Below are positions 1 through 11,900 of a DNA stretch of 37,747 nucleotides, in pieces. How positions within the stretch are numbered: position 1 is the stretch's first letter; each line of letters starts with the position of its first letter. The notes under the pieces were generated by a model, which was given only the letters and a program-made list of their open reading frames with translations, made no database searches and had not been told where the DNA came from. The stretch covers positions 1 through 37,747 of the forward strand of contig RBNJ01000182.1 of NCBI GenBank assembly GCA_003990765.1, given 5' to 3'. This DNA is from Jimgerdemannia flammicorona. Lineage: Eukaryota. The position numbers were made by a program, and so were the translations under genes.

Positions 1-10
1 AAAAAAAAAA

Positions 11-1819
11 AAGACCAGCTTAGTTATATTTGCGTATTGCTGCAGACAATACCTAATTAGGAAATTTCATAAAGGAGTTAAGAGTAGGACCTAACAGGGA
101 GCGGATTTACTTAAGAGTGGTTTGTGGGTTATTTGAATAGGTTTATTCACTATTTATGATATTGCTATACTAGGAGTAGTTGTGTAGAGAGATATTATGA
201 GGAAGTATTCAGGAATGTTCTTGTGTGTTCAAGTCTGAAATTCTGAGGTCTGGGGGAGGGGGTATTTATACCTAGTGAGGGGCTATCTGGACTATACTAG
301 ATATGGATGTAGCACTAAGTGCTTTGCTGAGTCGGAATGCAGTCATATAGTATAAGTGTGATCTGATATGTCAAGAGATCGTCTGACTGCTGAGTCAGTT
401 CACAGTCACATCGTACAAAGCTAATCTAACTATACTATGACTACTAGGCTATTTATGGGTTTAGGTGCTGTCTGGGTAGTCCTCAATGACATCACTATCA
501 ATTGCATCATCTCTGATGAAGTAGTCATTCAGAAAAAGTAGTTCATGGATTACTTCTCCTTGTTCGCTGAGGTAATAATACATTGGAACTTTGTCTCCAT
601 CCCACAAGATGGTGTCATCTGTCTCATATGCTGGGTAAGGTGTTGGTGGGTGAAGGAGGGGTGCATCGTCTTCACTTTCTTCAGATTCACTGTCTGCATA
701 CCTTCTGTAGGTTACAGTACTATGAGTTGCAGGATTGTAGTAAGCTGGTGGCTGTGGTTCATGTCGCTCATACTTAGGTAGTGGAGTGGTTGGTTCGATC
801 TCAAGGGTTTTTTGGAGGTATAGGTTGTATTCTCTGGTCTCTTCATTGTAGTTGAAGTAATTGGGGATAAATGCTGGTTAGTATTCATACTAGTGGTCAT
901 TGTCCCAATAAGTCTCGTAGGCTGTTATGAATTATTGTAAGTTCATCGGCAAGGTTGGCAGTATGATCAGAGTTGGTAGAGATCCTTGGCTAGAGGTTAT
1001 ATCGGCATCAGAGGGATCATTGTCTTCTGCTTCGTCTTTATTGAAGTAGATTATATCGTAGATGTCCTTCATGGTGTATCCAACTTGGGGCATTTGTAGG
1101 ATATGATCGTTGGGGTGTGGAAAGGTTCTGTCTGTGGTTTTGACATACTTGAGGTACTTGTGGTTGAGTTCTTGTATCATGTCATCGATTTGGCCATAGG
1201 ACAGGGTAGCAACCATTTCAGCTATGGTAACTTGGAGGCGGAGAATAATGGTACTGTACTCATAGAAGAGTTCTTGATGTTTGCAGGTGATGAGCTTCTG
1301 GTGTTGAGACATCTCGGTAATATCTGTATCATGGTGGTGTTCAACCATGTCTTCTAGGAGGCAGCCAATCTGGTAGTAGCTTGAGATTTGTCTGATTTAG
1401 TGGGCCTTACTAAGCATGTTCAGAGCATTCCAACAGGCTTCTATGAAGTAGAGGGGTGCTAGACTATGGATATTCATGAGAGGCAGAGGGGGTGTGGCTT
1501 AGTTGACAATGGTATTCCAAATGTCAGCATGGATGCAGGTATAGATCTCGGTGGTCATGTTTGTGTATTTGGAAGTTATGGTTGTTGTTTTGTTTTGGTT
1601 CTCTGATTTGACATGTTTTGGTGCTCAGTATATATACATTTGATCCTGATTGGTAAGATTCCATTTGTGTAGATCTTGTATTCTATGACTTCATATTGAC
1701 TCAGCTTTGTGATCAAGCAGGTAATTTCCAGATTTGTTCAGAGGTCGTGTGTGATTTCAGTGGCTTGTTTGGAGGGTGACCTGTAATTTCGGTGGCTTGG
1801 AGGTTGTGTGCTTACAACT
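11..1819 (-). mobile_element. Long LTR of Ty3/chromovirus-like family A (copy 1; the internal region would continue left of the window)
   Basis: 11-~520 is the reverse complement of ~21735-22242 (TATAAATACCCCCTCCCCCAGACCTCAG, AATAAA, ...AACTAAGCTGGTCTT). 1770-1819 (rc AGTTGTAAGCACACAACCTCCAAGCCAC) matches 20972-21020. Exact termini are uncertain. Confidence 0.75.
932..1558 (-). pseudogene. Degenerate LTR(U3)-encoded ORF of unknown function, family A version
   Basis: Extending ORF 932..1348 upstream in frame gives MTTEIYTCIHADIWNTIVN*ATPPLPLMNIHSLAPLYFIEACWNALNMLSKAH*IRQISSYYQIGCLLEDMVEH..., which aligns by eye with the LTR ORFs of families B and C. Confidence 0.55.
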
Positions 1820-2319
1820 AGTATATACTTAATCAAAATTTATAAACTATTATCTAGCTATTATGTATAAATATCTCTAGTAGAAATTTAAAATAAATTA
1901 ATCTTAGTTTAATATATATATATATTATCACATAGTAGTTGCTGAGTCCTTTAAATATACCAGATTCTCTTCAAGGTATATCTCTTAGACTAACTCAAGT
2001 TTGTTATAAGTAAGTTCTTATTGGAGTGCCTTCTCAAGGTCTTATAGTCCTCAAACTTCTTATCTTTAACTGTCTTATTATCTCTTAGATTACTTATAAG
2101 AAAGTGTATATAAGTGAACTTAACTGACTTTATTTCAGAGGAAATAAGAGAGATATTTATACAAAATATAATTCAATGGTTGCTAAGATATAAAACTAAA
2201 TATAAATTCCAATATCTAAAATAAAATACCAGGATAGGAAAAACTGCTAAATTCCAAGGTCAGCACTGATGGTTATATAGGTTTAGGATGCTAGTATAAT
2301 TTTGATGGTATAGAAAAAT

Positions 2320-2412
2320 AGTGCTGGAATAATTCAGTGTCATATCAGAATACCAGTACTGGTATAATTCAGTATTACATCAGAATGCCAGTGCTGACAT
2401 AATTCAGTATCA
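2320..2412. repeat. ~35-bp tandem repeats in LTR B upstream of the TATA box (putative enhancer array)
   Basis: Unit ~AGTGCTGGAATAATTCAGTATCACATCAGAATGC(C/T); about 3 copies here and about 4 in the 5' LTR (19040-19168), which explains the 35-bp LTR length difference. Confidence 0.8.
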
Positions 2413-2422
2413 CTAAAGAACT

Positions 2423-3238
2423 TTAGAGCAGAATGTTCAAGACCATAGGGGCTTCATTCTTATCAGAGGTCAGAATGTCTTTGAAGGAGATGAGGTCTGC
2501 AAATTTATCATTATTGTATATCTTATGTATATTATATAGGATGATATCATCACCAATAATGTCATTATGTTTGGTGGTGGTGGAAACAAGGAGGTCTAGG
2601 GCTCTCCAGTCTATGAAATTCTCTTCCACAAAATAGGGGACAAATGTGGAGTCTTGGAGAGGTCTAACCTGGATGCTTGGGTCTTGGAATACTAAGATCA
2701 ATCTTTGCAGGAATTGGTCTAGATTGTTCTGGAAGATGGGATGTCAGAAGTCTTCTACTTCATCACTGTTGAGGGTGATAGTGGACTGGGCTTCTGTAGC
2801 CACTCTGGCTTTTAGTATATTGATATGGTGGACTAACAGATCTCTGAAATCTGAGACTCTAACATACTCCAAGTTGAGGATCAACTATGACATATATCTG
2901 AAGATCTGATATATCTTCTTAGCTATCTTTATTTTACATATATCTATAGGAATGGCATCTTATAGCTCTTGAGTACTGGCTTGTGGGAACTCCCAGCAGA
3001 GGAGGTTTCCTATTTCATACTCCTGTCATATTTGGAGGTATTCAGTAGCAATAGTGATCCTTATTTCTATTTTACAGCAATAAAGGATATAATGATAAGG
3101 GTCACCAGTACCCAGGTTGACACTAGGAGTCCTTCTTGAGTGGGTTCTCATGGCTCTTCTGATGTCTTGGAATATTCTTTCTTCAACTGAGATGTCTTGA
3201 TAGTTCTTTGATCTTGAGATTTGGTGAGCAGCAGGCAT
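2423..3238 (-). pseudogene. 272-codon LTR(U3)-encoded ORF, family B 3' LTR copy
   Basis: ORFs 3026..3238 and 2423..2701 are in the same frame; ATG to TAA spans 816 bp, identical in length to 19178-19993. Most internal stops are sense codons (TGG/CAA) in the other copy. Confidence 0.7.
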
Positions 3239-3480
3239 TTTATTTATAGTAAGTCTTTGAGCTATTTTGGGATTAGTGGGTCTTATTGGTTACTGCTACT
3301 GCAGTTTCTTGATCCTTCTTTTATATTCCTCAAGATACCTATATTATGGTCACAATGACTTATAGTTGGTCATCATTGCTCATCTTGTATGCCATATGAT
3401 CTTCTTGTACTTCAATCTGGTGGCTTATAAGGAAAGACTGTCTCCTGTGCTGATGTCATCATTCTGGAGTCACTATTACA

Positions 3481-3490
3481 TCTTCCTCCT
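3481..3490 (-). promoter_or_regulatory. Polypurine tract of element B
   Basis: Minus-strand AGGAGGAAGA directly abuts the TG start of the 3' LTR. Confidence 0.8.
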
Positions 3491-3779
3491 GAATAAGGAT
3501 CTTCTTGAATATTATTATTCATTAGTCCAGTCCTGAAAAATTTGCTGATCTCATAACCTCTGGCAAGAGGTTGAAAAGTGGTATTTATAGGCTGGTGTCT
3601 TCCCTTTGTATTTTGGCATAATATTGAAAAGTCACTCTCTTTATATAGAGCAAGGGTCTGATTCTGATCTTAATCAATTAATTGATGGTTTGAACTCCTC
3701 TGGCTTGAAAGTCTCACAGATGAGTAGTTGCTGGTACTGTATTCCTTAGAGAATGGTCTAGACAGATAGCCTGCTAGTT

Positions 3780-4018
3780 ACAAGACATACTGTTATGATT
3801 TGTAGACTAGAATCTCATGGGTGATCATCATGTTTTGCTTCTCTTATATAGGTTTATGGTACTTCTTGAGTCTGTTTCTATATACCATGGTAGGCAGTAT
3901 GGTCCCTGAGATTTTTCTAAGCCAGAAGATAGTTCTCTTGATATCTTGCACATAGAAGAGTTCTTCCCATTTGGGCTCCAGTTTTCACAACTATGAGGCT
4001 TCTATCATATTTCAATAC
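3780..4018 (-). pseudogene. C-terminal (GPY/F) part of element B integrase
   Basis: Removing the hAT plus one TSD copy restores IREKVLLY*NMIEAS*L*KLEPKWEELFY, a decayed KLxPKWxGPF motif, across the junction. Confidence 0.75.
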
Positions 4019-4044
4019 AATAGGACTAGTGCTCTGAATGAGTC

Positions 4045-4460
4045 AATTCGAATCAAATCTAGATTCGATTTGTCACATGACAGTTTGATTTGAATCTCAA
4101 ATCTGAAGCCATCTGAATCAACTTGGATTTAATCTGAATCGCCCCATCTGAATCACCCCATCTGAATCACCCATCCGAACCACCCCAATCCGAATCACTC
4201 AATCTGAATCACTCAATCCGAATCACCCCATCTGAATCACCCCATCTGAATCACCCATCTGAATCACCCATCCGAACCACTCTAATCCAAATCACTCAAT
4301 CCAAATCACTCAATCCAAATCACTCAATCCAAATCACTCAATCCAAATCACTCAATTCGAATCCTCCAATTCGAATCCTCCAATTCGAATCCTCCAATTC
4401 GAATCCTTCAATCTGAATCCTCATCTGAATCCTTCAACCAAATCCTCCAATCTAAATCCT
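4045..4460 (+). repeat. Left subterminal repeat array of the hAT (putative transposase-binding sites)
   Basis: Many 13-14-bp units ATC(C/T)(G/A)AATCAC(C/T)C, grading into ATTCGAATCCTCCA. Confidence 0.85.
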
Positions 4461-4556
4461 CTACATGACTCATATGCCAGACATGTCCACAACACAACAC
4501 ACACACACGTATACACATACATACATACACATGCATATGCAAACATGCAAACACAC

Positions 4557-7139
4557 ATGTCGACAGATCAGTCTTCAATAGTTCACAGTACCAATGATGC
4601 TTCAAGTTAAACATTCCTGATAGTTCCACACCTTCCATGCAATCCTTGCTCCGAAATCTGGCAACATTGTACTAAGATAGAAGATAATGTTGTTTGTAAT
4701 TATTGCAGGTAAAAAATTAAGATGCACCTATTGACACTTTGTTTTGACACACATATAATATTGTTTTGACACATACATGATATTGTTTCATCCACCCCCA
4801 TGAACTGCACCAGCCAGAAGTTCAAAATGCTTGGGGGTATGACTTCGAACATGAATCGACACATAAAAGACAAGCACTCTGACAAAATCAAAAAGAACAC
4901 AGAGACAAATAAAATCAACATCCAAGCTATAGTGGGTACATTTATCTGATTGCCTGACTATTTCTGTACCAACAATGCTATTTAATCAAAAATTTTAGCC
5001 ATACTCTTCAGCAGAATTTCAAAATCGGCTTATTCGCTGGATTGTGTATACAGACCAGCCATTCACAACCATCAAGAGTGATCAATTGCATAGCATCTTT
5101 GGCCTCCTCAAGCATGATTTATATTTGCCAAGTGCCGATACTATTCACAAAGATGTCCTGGAGGCCTATAGGAAGGAGCATGACAATCTCTGCCAGACAC
5201 TTCAGGTAAAATAAGGGCAGCACTATGACCTTTGCAAGCTGAATTATATAAAAGAGCTCACCAATTTAACCTCACATTCAATAAGCAGAATTCGGCAGGC
5301 AAAATTTTATTTATGATTGACACATGGACATCCCCCAATGCAATTTCGTTTCTGGGCATTACCGGTCATTGGATTGACCTCAATTGGCAGCTTAAATCTC
5401 TCACCCTTGACTTCATCAAACTTGCTGGCCCTCATTCTGGAGACAACATCACAGATGCTTTTATTAGTTGTATCTGGGAGCTTGGGATTACTACCAAGGT
5501 AAAAAAGGGGGGCTTGCTGTCAGGTCAGCATTTTGAGGGAGGTCCTAAACCAAACTAGATTTTATTGGTTACTTATTTTCACATAAATTTGTCAACCAAA
5601 TATTTCAAGTACAGATTTTGGCCATTACAATGGACAATGCCACAAACAACTTAACATTTTTCCAAGGTTTAGCAGCCAGCCTCAAATAGGAAAACATGGC
5701 CTTTAGTGCAGAAAGCTGCCGTATGTGATGCCAGGCCCACGTACTGAACCTCGCTGTTCAGGACTATCTTATGCACATAGACAAAACATCCAAGAGATAA
5801 GGGACCCTGAGTATAATTTCCAAGCTGCACAAACTGGTTGTGTTGATCTGATCATCCCCACAACAATGAGACAAATTTGCTGTGCAGTATAGGGTAATCA
5901 GTTTAGCCCTGAAAGAGCTTATATTGGATGTCTGTATACATTGGAACTCAATATTTGCAATGATCCAGCATGTGCTGGAGTTTGCTGTGGTATGCATCCT
6001 TTTTTTCTTCAGTTGGCTGAAGTAACTGTTTCAGATGATAGAAGATTTATTTTTTTTTAAAAAAAAAAAAAAGCCAATAGATTCAATGATGGCTGCCAAC
6101 AAGGAAATACAGGCTGAGGCTCTAGGTAAAAGCGAGTGGGATGTACTTAGGAATGTTGTCAGAGTTTTGGAAGTAAGTGGTGGTTGCCCTAGCTCCATAC
6201 TCATTTTGTCTGCCTCTGCACAGTGCAACACCTCACCACATATAACTGCTAGTATTTTGACGATTGTATGAAGGATATAGTCAAACAAACGACCCTGACA
6301 ATAAGCTCTGCGATACCGGTATACAACCTTCTGATTGACTGGCTAGAGGACAAGCTTGAGGACAGGCTGGAGGGTTGTAGTAATTTACAATTAAGCCCGG
6401 ATCAGAGAGATGCCATGGAGGTTGCTCTAAGCAAGCTTAGAAAATACTACTCCCAAACAGATACTGCTGTATACTCAATCAGTACAGGTATATCGATGTT
6501 GGCATATGGCCATTGCCCCTTCCAAAATAGAGGAAACTCCGCAAAAACTCACTCTCCTTTTCTTCGAACAGTGCTGGACCCATGCTTAAAGCTACAATAC
6601 TATAAAGATCAGAGCTGGGAGCAACACTTCATTGAGAGAACCAAGCAGGCCATAATTGAAGTGTACCAGAAAAACTATGCACCACCACAAGGTTCTGGCC
6701 GAAGTTCAAATGAATATGCCAAGGGATCCCTCCTGTCTCACATTTACTTTGGCAGAAAGAGGAAGAGGAAGCCGTCAGTAGAAGAGCTACTGTCAATAGA
6801 CGAACTTACCATTTACCTCACCAGTGACTGTGTGGTCCTGCTGGAGGGCACGGAGGTGCTCAACTGGTGGAAGGTGGGTTGTCAGGCAGGTGTTGGACCA
6901 ATTTAACCCACCAATCTAACCACCACTCTATCTACCAGGGTGTGCAGCTGTATCAAACAGACTTCTCCAGCCTGTATGGTATGGCTCGGGACTATCTGGC
7001 GATTCCTGCCTCCAGCGCTCCTGTCAAGCAAGTGTTCTCAGGTAGGGTGGACCTTGTTGCCCCAAAGAGGTGTGTGCTGAATGCTGAGACAATCTGGGTA
7101 TATATGTGTCTGAAGTCTTGGTGGGGCTTGGGCCACTAA
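4557..7139 (+). pseudogene. hAT (Ac-like) transposase with N-terminal BED zinc finger; multi-exon and inactivated
   Basis: ATG at 4557. BED finger SEIWQHC...VCNYC / intron / ...TSNMNRHIKDKH. Then DTWTSPNAISFLGITGHWID, ITMDNATNN, CQAHVLNLAVQD (CxxH), LDVCIHWNSIFAM, LDPCLK, LNWWK, ARDYLAIPASSAPVKQVFS (catalytic ER decayed to KQ) and CLKSW. GT-AG introns and several stops. Confidence 0.93.
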
Positions 7140-7182
7140 AATTCGATGGGTCTATAGATAAGTTGGTTGGCCTTGTGGAATA

Positions 7183-7797
7183 TTTAATACCTTTCAAATT
7201 AATAAAAGGAAAAAAACCTGAGGACTCGGCCCGGAGTTTGTGGCCAAAGTGGGGCAGAGTTGGTGGCAGTGGCAGCGGAGGGAGTGTACAATATTTGCAG
7301 CCCTTAGCCAGCAGCAAGGGGCAGCCCCAAGCTGCCAGTGCCTGGGTCAGTGGGTGGGTCAGTGGGCGGGTCAGCAGAGGGAGCATATAAAATTTGTGGC
7401 CCTCTGCCAGCAGTAAGGGGCAGCCCCAAGCTGCAAGTGTCTGGGTTGGGGGGGGAGGCGGAGGGAGTATGCAAAATTTGCAGCCCTCTGCCAGCAGCGA
7501 GGGGCAGCCCCAAGCTGTCAGCGCCTGGGTCAGTGGGTGGGGCAGGCGGAGAGAGTGCACAAAATTTGTGGCCCTCTGCCAGTGGCATAGGGGCAGCCTC
7601 AAGCCACCAAGGAGTCCAGGGTGGAGGGTGTTTCTGGCAGTCGGAGGGTACTTCTGGCGGTCAGAGGGTGTTTCTGGCAGTTGAAGTTGCTGGTTCGGGT
7701 CCCACAGGCACCCCGGCCCTGCACTGCAGCACCGCACCAGCGGCACTATAGAGTAGGGCTGAGGGGCCAGTAGGGCCCTGTATAATGGCTAAGCTAG
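7183..7797 (+). mobile_element. Non-autonomous Helitron-like element with internal ~85-97-bp tandem repeats
   Basis: 3' end is a GGGCC-agtag-GGCCC hairpin, ~15 nt, then CTAG|T (7794-7798), with a longer decayed GC stem-loop at ~7711-7766. The 5' end A|TTTAATACC may be a decayed TC start. About 3.5 repeats of ATTTG..GCCCTCTGCCAGCAG..AGGGGCAGCCCCAAGCTG lie at 7293-7605. Confidence 0.55.
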
Positions 7798-7892
7798 TGC
7801 TACATAAGAGGTGCCTGACCCAACCCCTCCACATAAGACTGCCTAACTCATACAAAATGGCTGCCTAATCCTCACGAAAGATTGCCTAACCC

Positions 7893-8883
7893 TCACAAAA
7901 ACTGCTCCACCTGCTGGTCCCAGGCCTTGATGAGCCTGTCATCTGTTGTAAGTGCGATGACTGTTGTGTCTGAGCTCTCCTCGAAGGCGACGGTGCCATG
8001 GTGATTATGTGGTTAGAATAGGATGGCCATGTTGGCTGCAAATGGGACCCCGAAACTGTAGGTGAGGTCATACCAGACTCCGCTACTATCCTTCCAGGTT
8101 GGGCCCTTCCTTTCTGGGATATAAAACATTACCAGGGTGATGTTGTTGTCTGTGTGTGTAGGCAGAGAAAGGTTGTGCTCGACATATCCTGATGTGACGC
8201 AAGCGTACGGTTGGGTGAACCCTTGGTCCAGGACCTCATACTGCTAGGCTGTGCTAGTGGATGCCTACCCTTGGTCCAGCCCTGGGAGCCCCAGCTTGGA
8301 AATCTGCCAAAACGGACAGCAACCAGTTAGTCCTTTTTGTGTTCAGGGGGCAGAAACCCCCCAGGCCACAGAAACCCCCCAGGCTGCAGTACCCTAAAAA
8401 AGCAGAGCTCCTCACCTCATATAGTATGCTAAATTGCACCAAGAATATATGTACAGCCGTGCCGAGATCACCACCAAGCTGGCCTGCCATACACTCTACC
8501 AATCTGCTCAAAGAACCCCAGATCATAGCTGCCATTGCCGCACAGGCCATGTCGTGCTCATGTGCAGTTTGCTCTTTGATGGCACTTCTAAAGTTCTGGT
8601 AGGAGTACAGAATCTTGTGCATCCCTGGAATTGTATCAAAAAGAGTATGTTGGCAAAGAGTGTGATTTATCTGGGGAGGGGTTAAAAAAAAAAAGAGAGA
8701 TGAGTACAGGGGATTTCGGAACCCATCCTTCGCCAGTGTTGCAGTATACCTAATTTCTATCCAAACTCCCCTTCCTTGCTTTTTTCGCCCCCTCTTCCCT
8801 GCTACCCAGTATTTGACACAATCCTCGCAAATCTCGTTGATATGGCGGTGAAGCTCATCACCATAGAGATTCCTTACCACCAT
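7893..8883 (-). pseudogene. 3' exons of the hAT cargo gene: candidate TET/JBP-like 2OG-Fe(II) dioxygenase domain
   Basis: MVVRNLYGDELHRHINEIC...GRGVWIEIRY...DMACAAMAAMIWGSL...LYE, then an intron (8415-8304: GTGAGG, GACTAAC branch, CAG), then ISKLGLPGLDQG[48-bp insertion]FTQPYACVTSGYVEHNLSLPTHTDNNITLVMFY...SGVWYDLTYSFGVPFAANMAILF*PHNHHGTVAF...VIALTTDDRLIKAW. HTD is at 8156-8148, HGT at 8000-7992 and the stop at 7895-7893. Confidence 0.65.
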
Positions 8884-8976
8884 TTTTTTTTTTTTTTTTT
8901 TTTTTTTTTATAGTCTCTTGGACTGCCCTTTATTACCGAAGTCTATAATGTAAACAATACAAAGTCACCCCTATCC

Positions 8977-11900
8977 TCAACCGATGCCCCGGGGGCCCAA
9001 ACTCCCCCCCTCATCCTCTCCCTGCCCGAAAACCACCCAATTACCCACTACCTGAACCCTTCCACCACTCTTCTGGGTGATACGCCGCACCAGACCCCTG
9101 TGGTACCCCCCACCCATCTCCCAACCCTGCCACCAGCTATTCAAAATATCCAACATCAACCATTCCCACTGGGCCATCTTGTCATCAACCCCGATCCAGT
9201 GCCTGTCCTCAAATACATAAACCCAATGCCCAGCCAGTCCAACCCACATAGCCAGAGCCCAACTAAGGGTCTGCCATTCGTCCCCAACTCCACTCACCAG
9301 TCGCTGGTGGAGCTCTCCATATTGCCCCCCTTCCTCTCCTTCCCTGATACCCAGCCCTACCCTGTCCATAATACCTCTCCAAAACTCCCCCAAAACCTTG
9401 CATTTACCAAGCCAATGTTCAGGTGTTTGTACCACTCCCCCCTCCTGACCAACATTGAAACAATTCTCACACTCGAATGCTCCACCATCCACCAAGTGTC
9501 CAGACCGATAATTCAACATCACATTCCGCTGTAGGACCTGCCACCACACCACTCAGAACTTGGGGGACAGCCACTGCCACACCCATTTGCTCCAAAGCCA
9601 GAGTCCATTCCAATCCCACTCCTCCCCAATTCCAACCCTCTGCCAGACTTCTGGCCACAGGTCTCCACCTAGGCCTCACAGACACTTCAGGCCCTCGCCA
9701 AGCTAAAAGTCCTCCACCAGGGCCCCACCCAATAGAAGCCTGTCCCACCGCCACATCTATGGTCCCCAAATCTCCTCGGCTTCATCACCTCACCACCGAA
9801 GTCCAATCTTCTTAGCACCATCCACCACCCCCCACTAAAAGCCTGTAAACCGCATCTTCCTGCTCCCGTCCATGGCCACCATCGCAAGCAGATCACTGGA
9901 GCCACCATGTGGGGAGTACCAAACCTCCCACAACCTCTGCATGAGTGGCACCCACTCCTGTCCCCTGAGCTCACTCGCCCTTCGCAGTCACCAGGCTCTC
10001 AGACATAGAAGCCACTTAGTAAAGTCCACTAGGCCCAGCCCACCTCTTTCCAAGGGCAGTGTGAGCACCTCCCAACCAACCTGGCTTCACCGCCCTCCCC
10101 AGATCCATGACCTTGCTATCTTCAACAACTCCTTAACCACCCAGGTTGGGAAATCCAAATGATATCCAACATACCACAGCTTCGGCATCCAGTACATATT
10201 CAACACCATCACACTTCTAGCAAGAGATATATGCCGGCCTCCCCATCTCAGCAAGACATTACCCCACTCCAGAAGTTTATAGTCCCACCATGCCTGGGGA
10301 AGAAGAGATCTGAATACTAAGAAGTAGATTCCCAAGTAGTACACTGGTTCACCCGCTGGTACCACTATCCCAATAATATTGCCACCAACAATTCCAGTGC
10401 CCAGCACCAGTGTCTCGCATTTGTGCCAGTTCAGTTTAGCACCAGAACCCCACTCATACCATTCCACAGTCCTCTGTAACTCTCTCATATCCCCCAAGGA
10501 GCCCAGCCTGACCACCATATCATCAGCAAAGGCCCCCACCTTCCAGTTCACCCCTAAGATATCTAAGCCTCCAATCTTATGCCGAATTCTGTCCAGTAGT
10601 GGCTCCAGGGAAAGAGCATACAATATGGGTGACAAGGGGTCCCCTTGTGGTACCCCACATCCCAGGGGAAAGATCACCCCCCGGTGGCCATTGATGACCA
10701 ATGCCACCTGACTATCCTCCAAGAGGCTGATTAATGATCTTTGGACCCCTGGCGGGATGCCAATCTGCTTCAGCACTCCTTCCAGCCATATTCTCTGCAC
10801 TCTATCATAAGCCTTCTCTTGGTCCAGAAACACCAATCTGCCATCCACTCCTGTCACCCAGGCACCTTCAATCACTCCATGAACCTAGGCTGTCTCATCT
10901 CGAATCAACCGACCACTGACAAACCCATGTTGTTCCACACCAAGAACCTACTGAGCAATGCCTTGCAACCTCATCACCAAGATTTTCATCACCAATTTGC
11001 GGTCTATATCGAGAAGCATAATTGGCCACCAGTTCCTCCAGTCCTCTCGCCTACCCTTGTCCTTAAAGAGCAAAGAGACCAGCTCCAAGCACTGTCCCCC
11101 AATCCAGGCACCAGACTGAAGAACTCCATCACACATAGCAGTCATTTCCTCTAGCACCTCATCCACCCCCATCATCTTCTGCCAAAAATCCCAGGGAAGC
11201 CCATCCTCTCCTGGAGCTGTCCCCTTACTTGTTGAGGCCACAACCCTGCAAATCTCCTCACCACTCACCGGGTCCCCCAATGCCCCAAGTCCCATCACAG
11301 GGTCCAGGTGCCAATCTCCCAGATGTCTTTCAATGTTCAGAGCATCCAATCCCCCATCCTTCTCACTCCAAAGATTCCTCCACCAGGTTCGCAGTAGGTC
11401 CAGAATCACCGGAGTCTCCACCACTAGCTCACCATTCTCGTCCAAAACTCCCTCCCACCACTGCCTCATTTGTCATGCTTGTAACAACCATGACAAGAAT
11501 CTGGTAGGCCTCTCCCCCTCCTCAAGCCCCTGCCACCACAGGTGGGCCACCATTCCCTGCAACTGCTCCTCCTCCTCCCTGCGTAGTACCCCTTTGAGCT
11601 CCTCCACCTCCTGCCAGATCCTCGCAATATACCAATCAGTCATGGCCCCACCCTCCAGCACACCTGCCCATCTCCCCATGAGTGCTGCCAGATGCCGCAA
11701 GGCCCACCTCACCCACCGCCTTTGCTGGGCACACTTCCCTTTCCCTGCTTCCCTTCAATACTCCTGAGCCTTTACCTTCAGCCTTCTCCAGTGGTCCCCA
11801 ATCTCCAGTCTTTGTTCCCACCACCTACCTATGTTTCCAATCACCTCCGATTCCCATCCCTCCCACAACACCCTATCCTCCAACAGGGAAGAATTTAGTC

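Larger units (their letters stand above)
1926..3480 (-). repeat. 3' LTR of element B (1555 bp)
   Basis: On the minus strand it starts TGTAATAGTGAC right after the PPT and ends TGATA (decayed TGACA). It is colinear with 18646-20235. TATAAAT lies at ~2155-2161 and AATAAA at 2129-2134 (minus). Confidence 0.9.

Noticed and set aside
2320..2412. 35-bp repeats as a CRISPR array
   Set aside because: Head-to-tail tandem units without spacers, inside an LTR of a eukaryotic retrotransposon.
4100..4460. CRISPR-like or telomeric array
   Set aside because: There are no unique spacers; the units are short, adjacent to a hAT TIR and mirrored at the other end.
4488..4556. CA-rich stretch and ORF 4408..4638
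   Set aside because: Simple microsatellite-like sequence upstream of the transposase start.
7024..7855. Overlapping 90-240 aa ORFs as real genes
   Set aside because: Open frames arise from GC-rich tandem repeats; the translations are repetitive and have no domain motifs.
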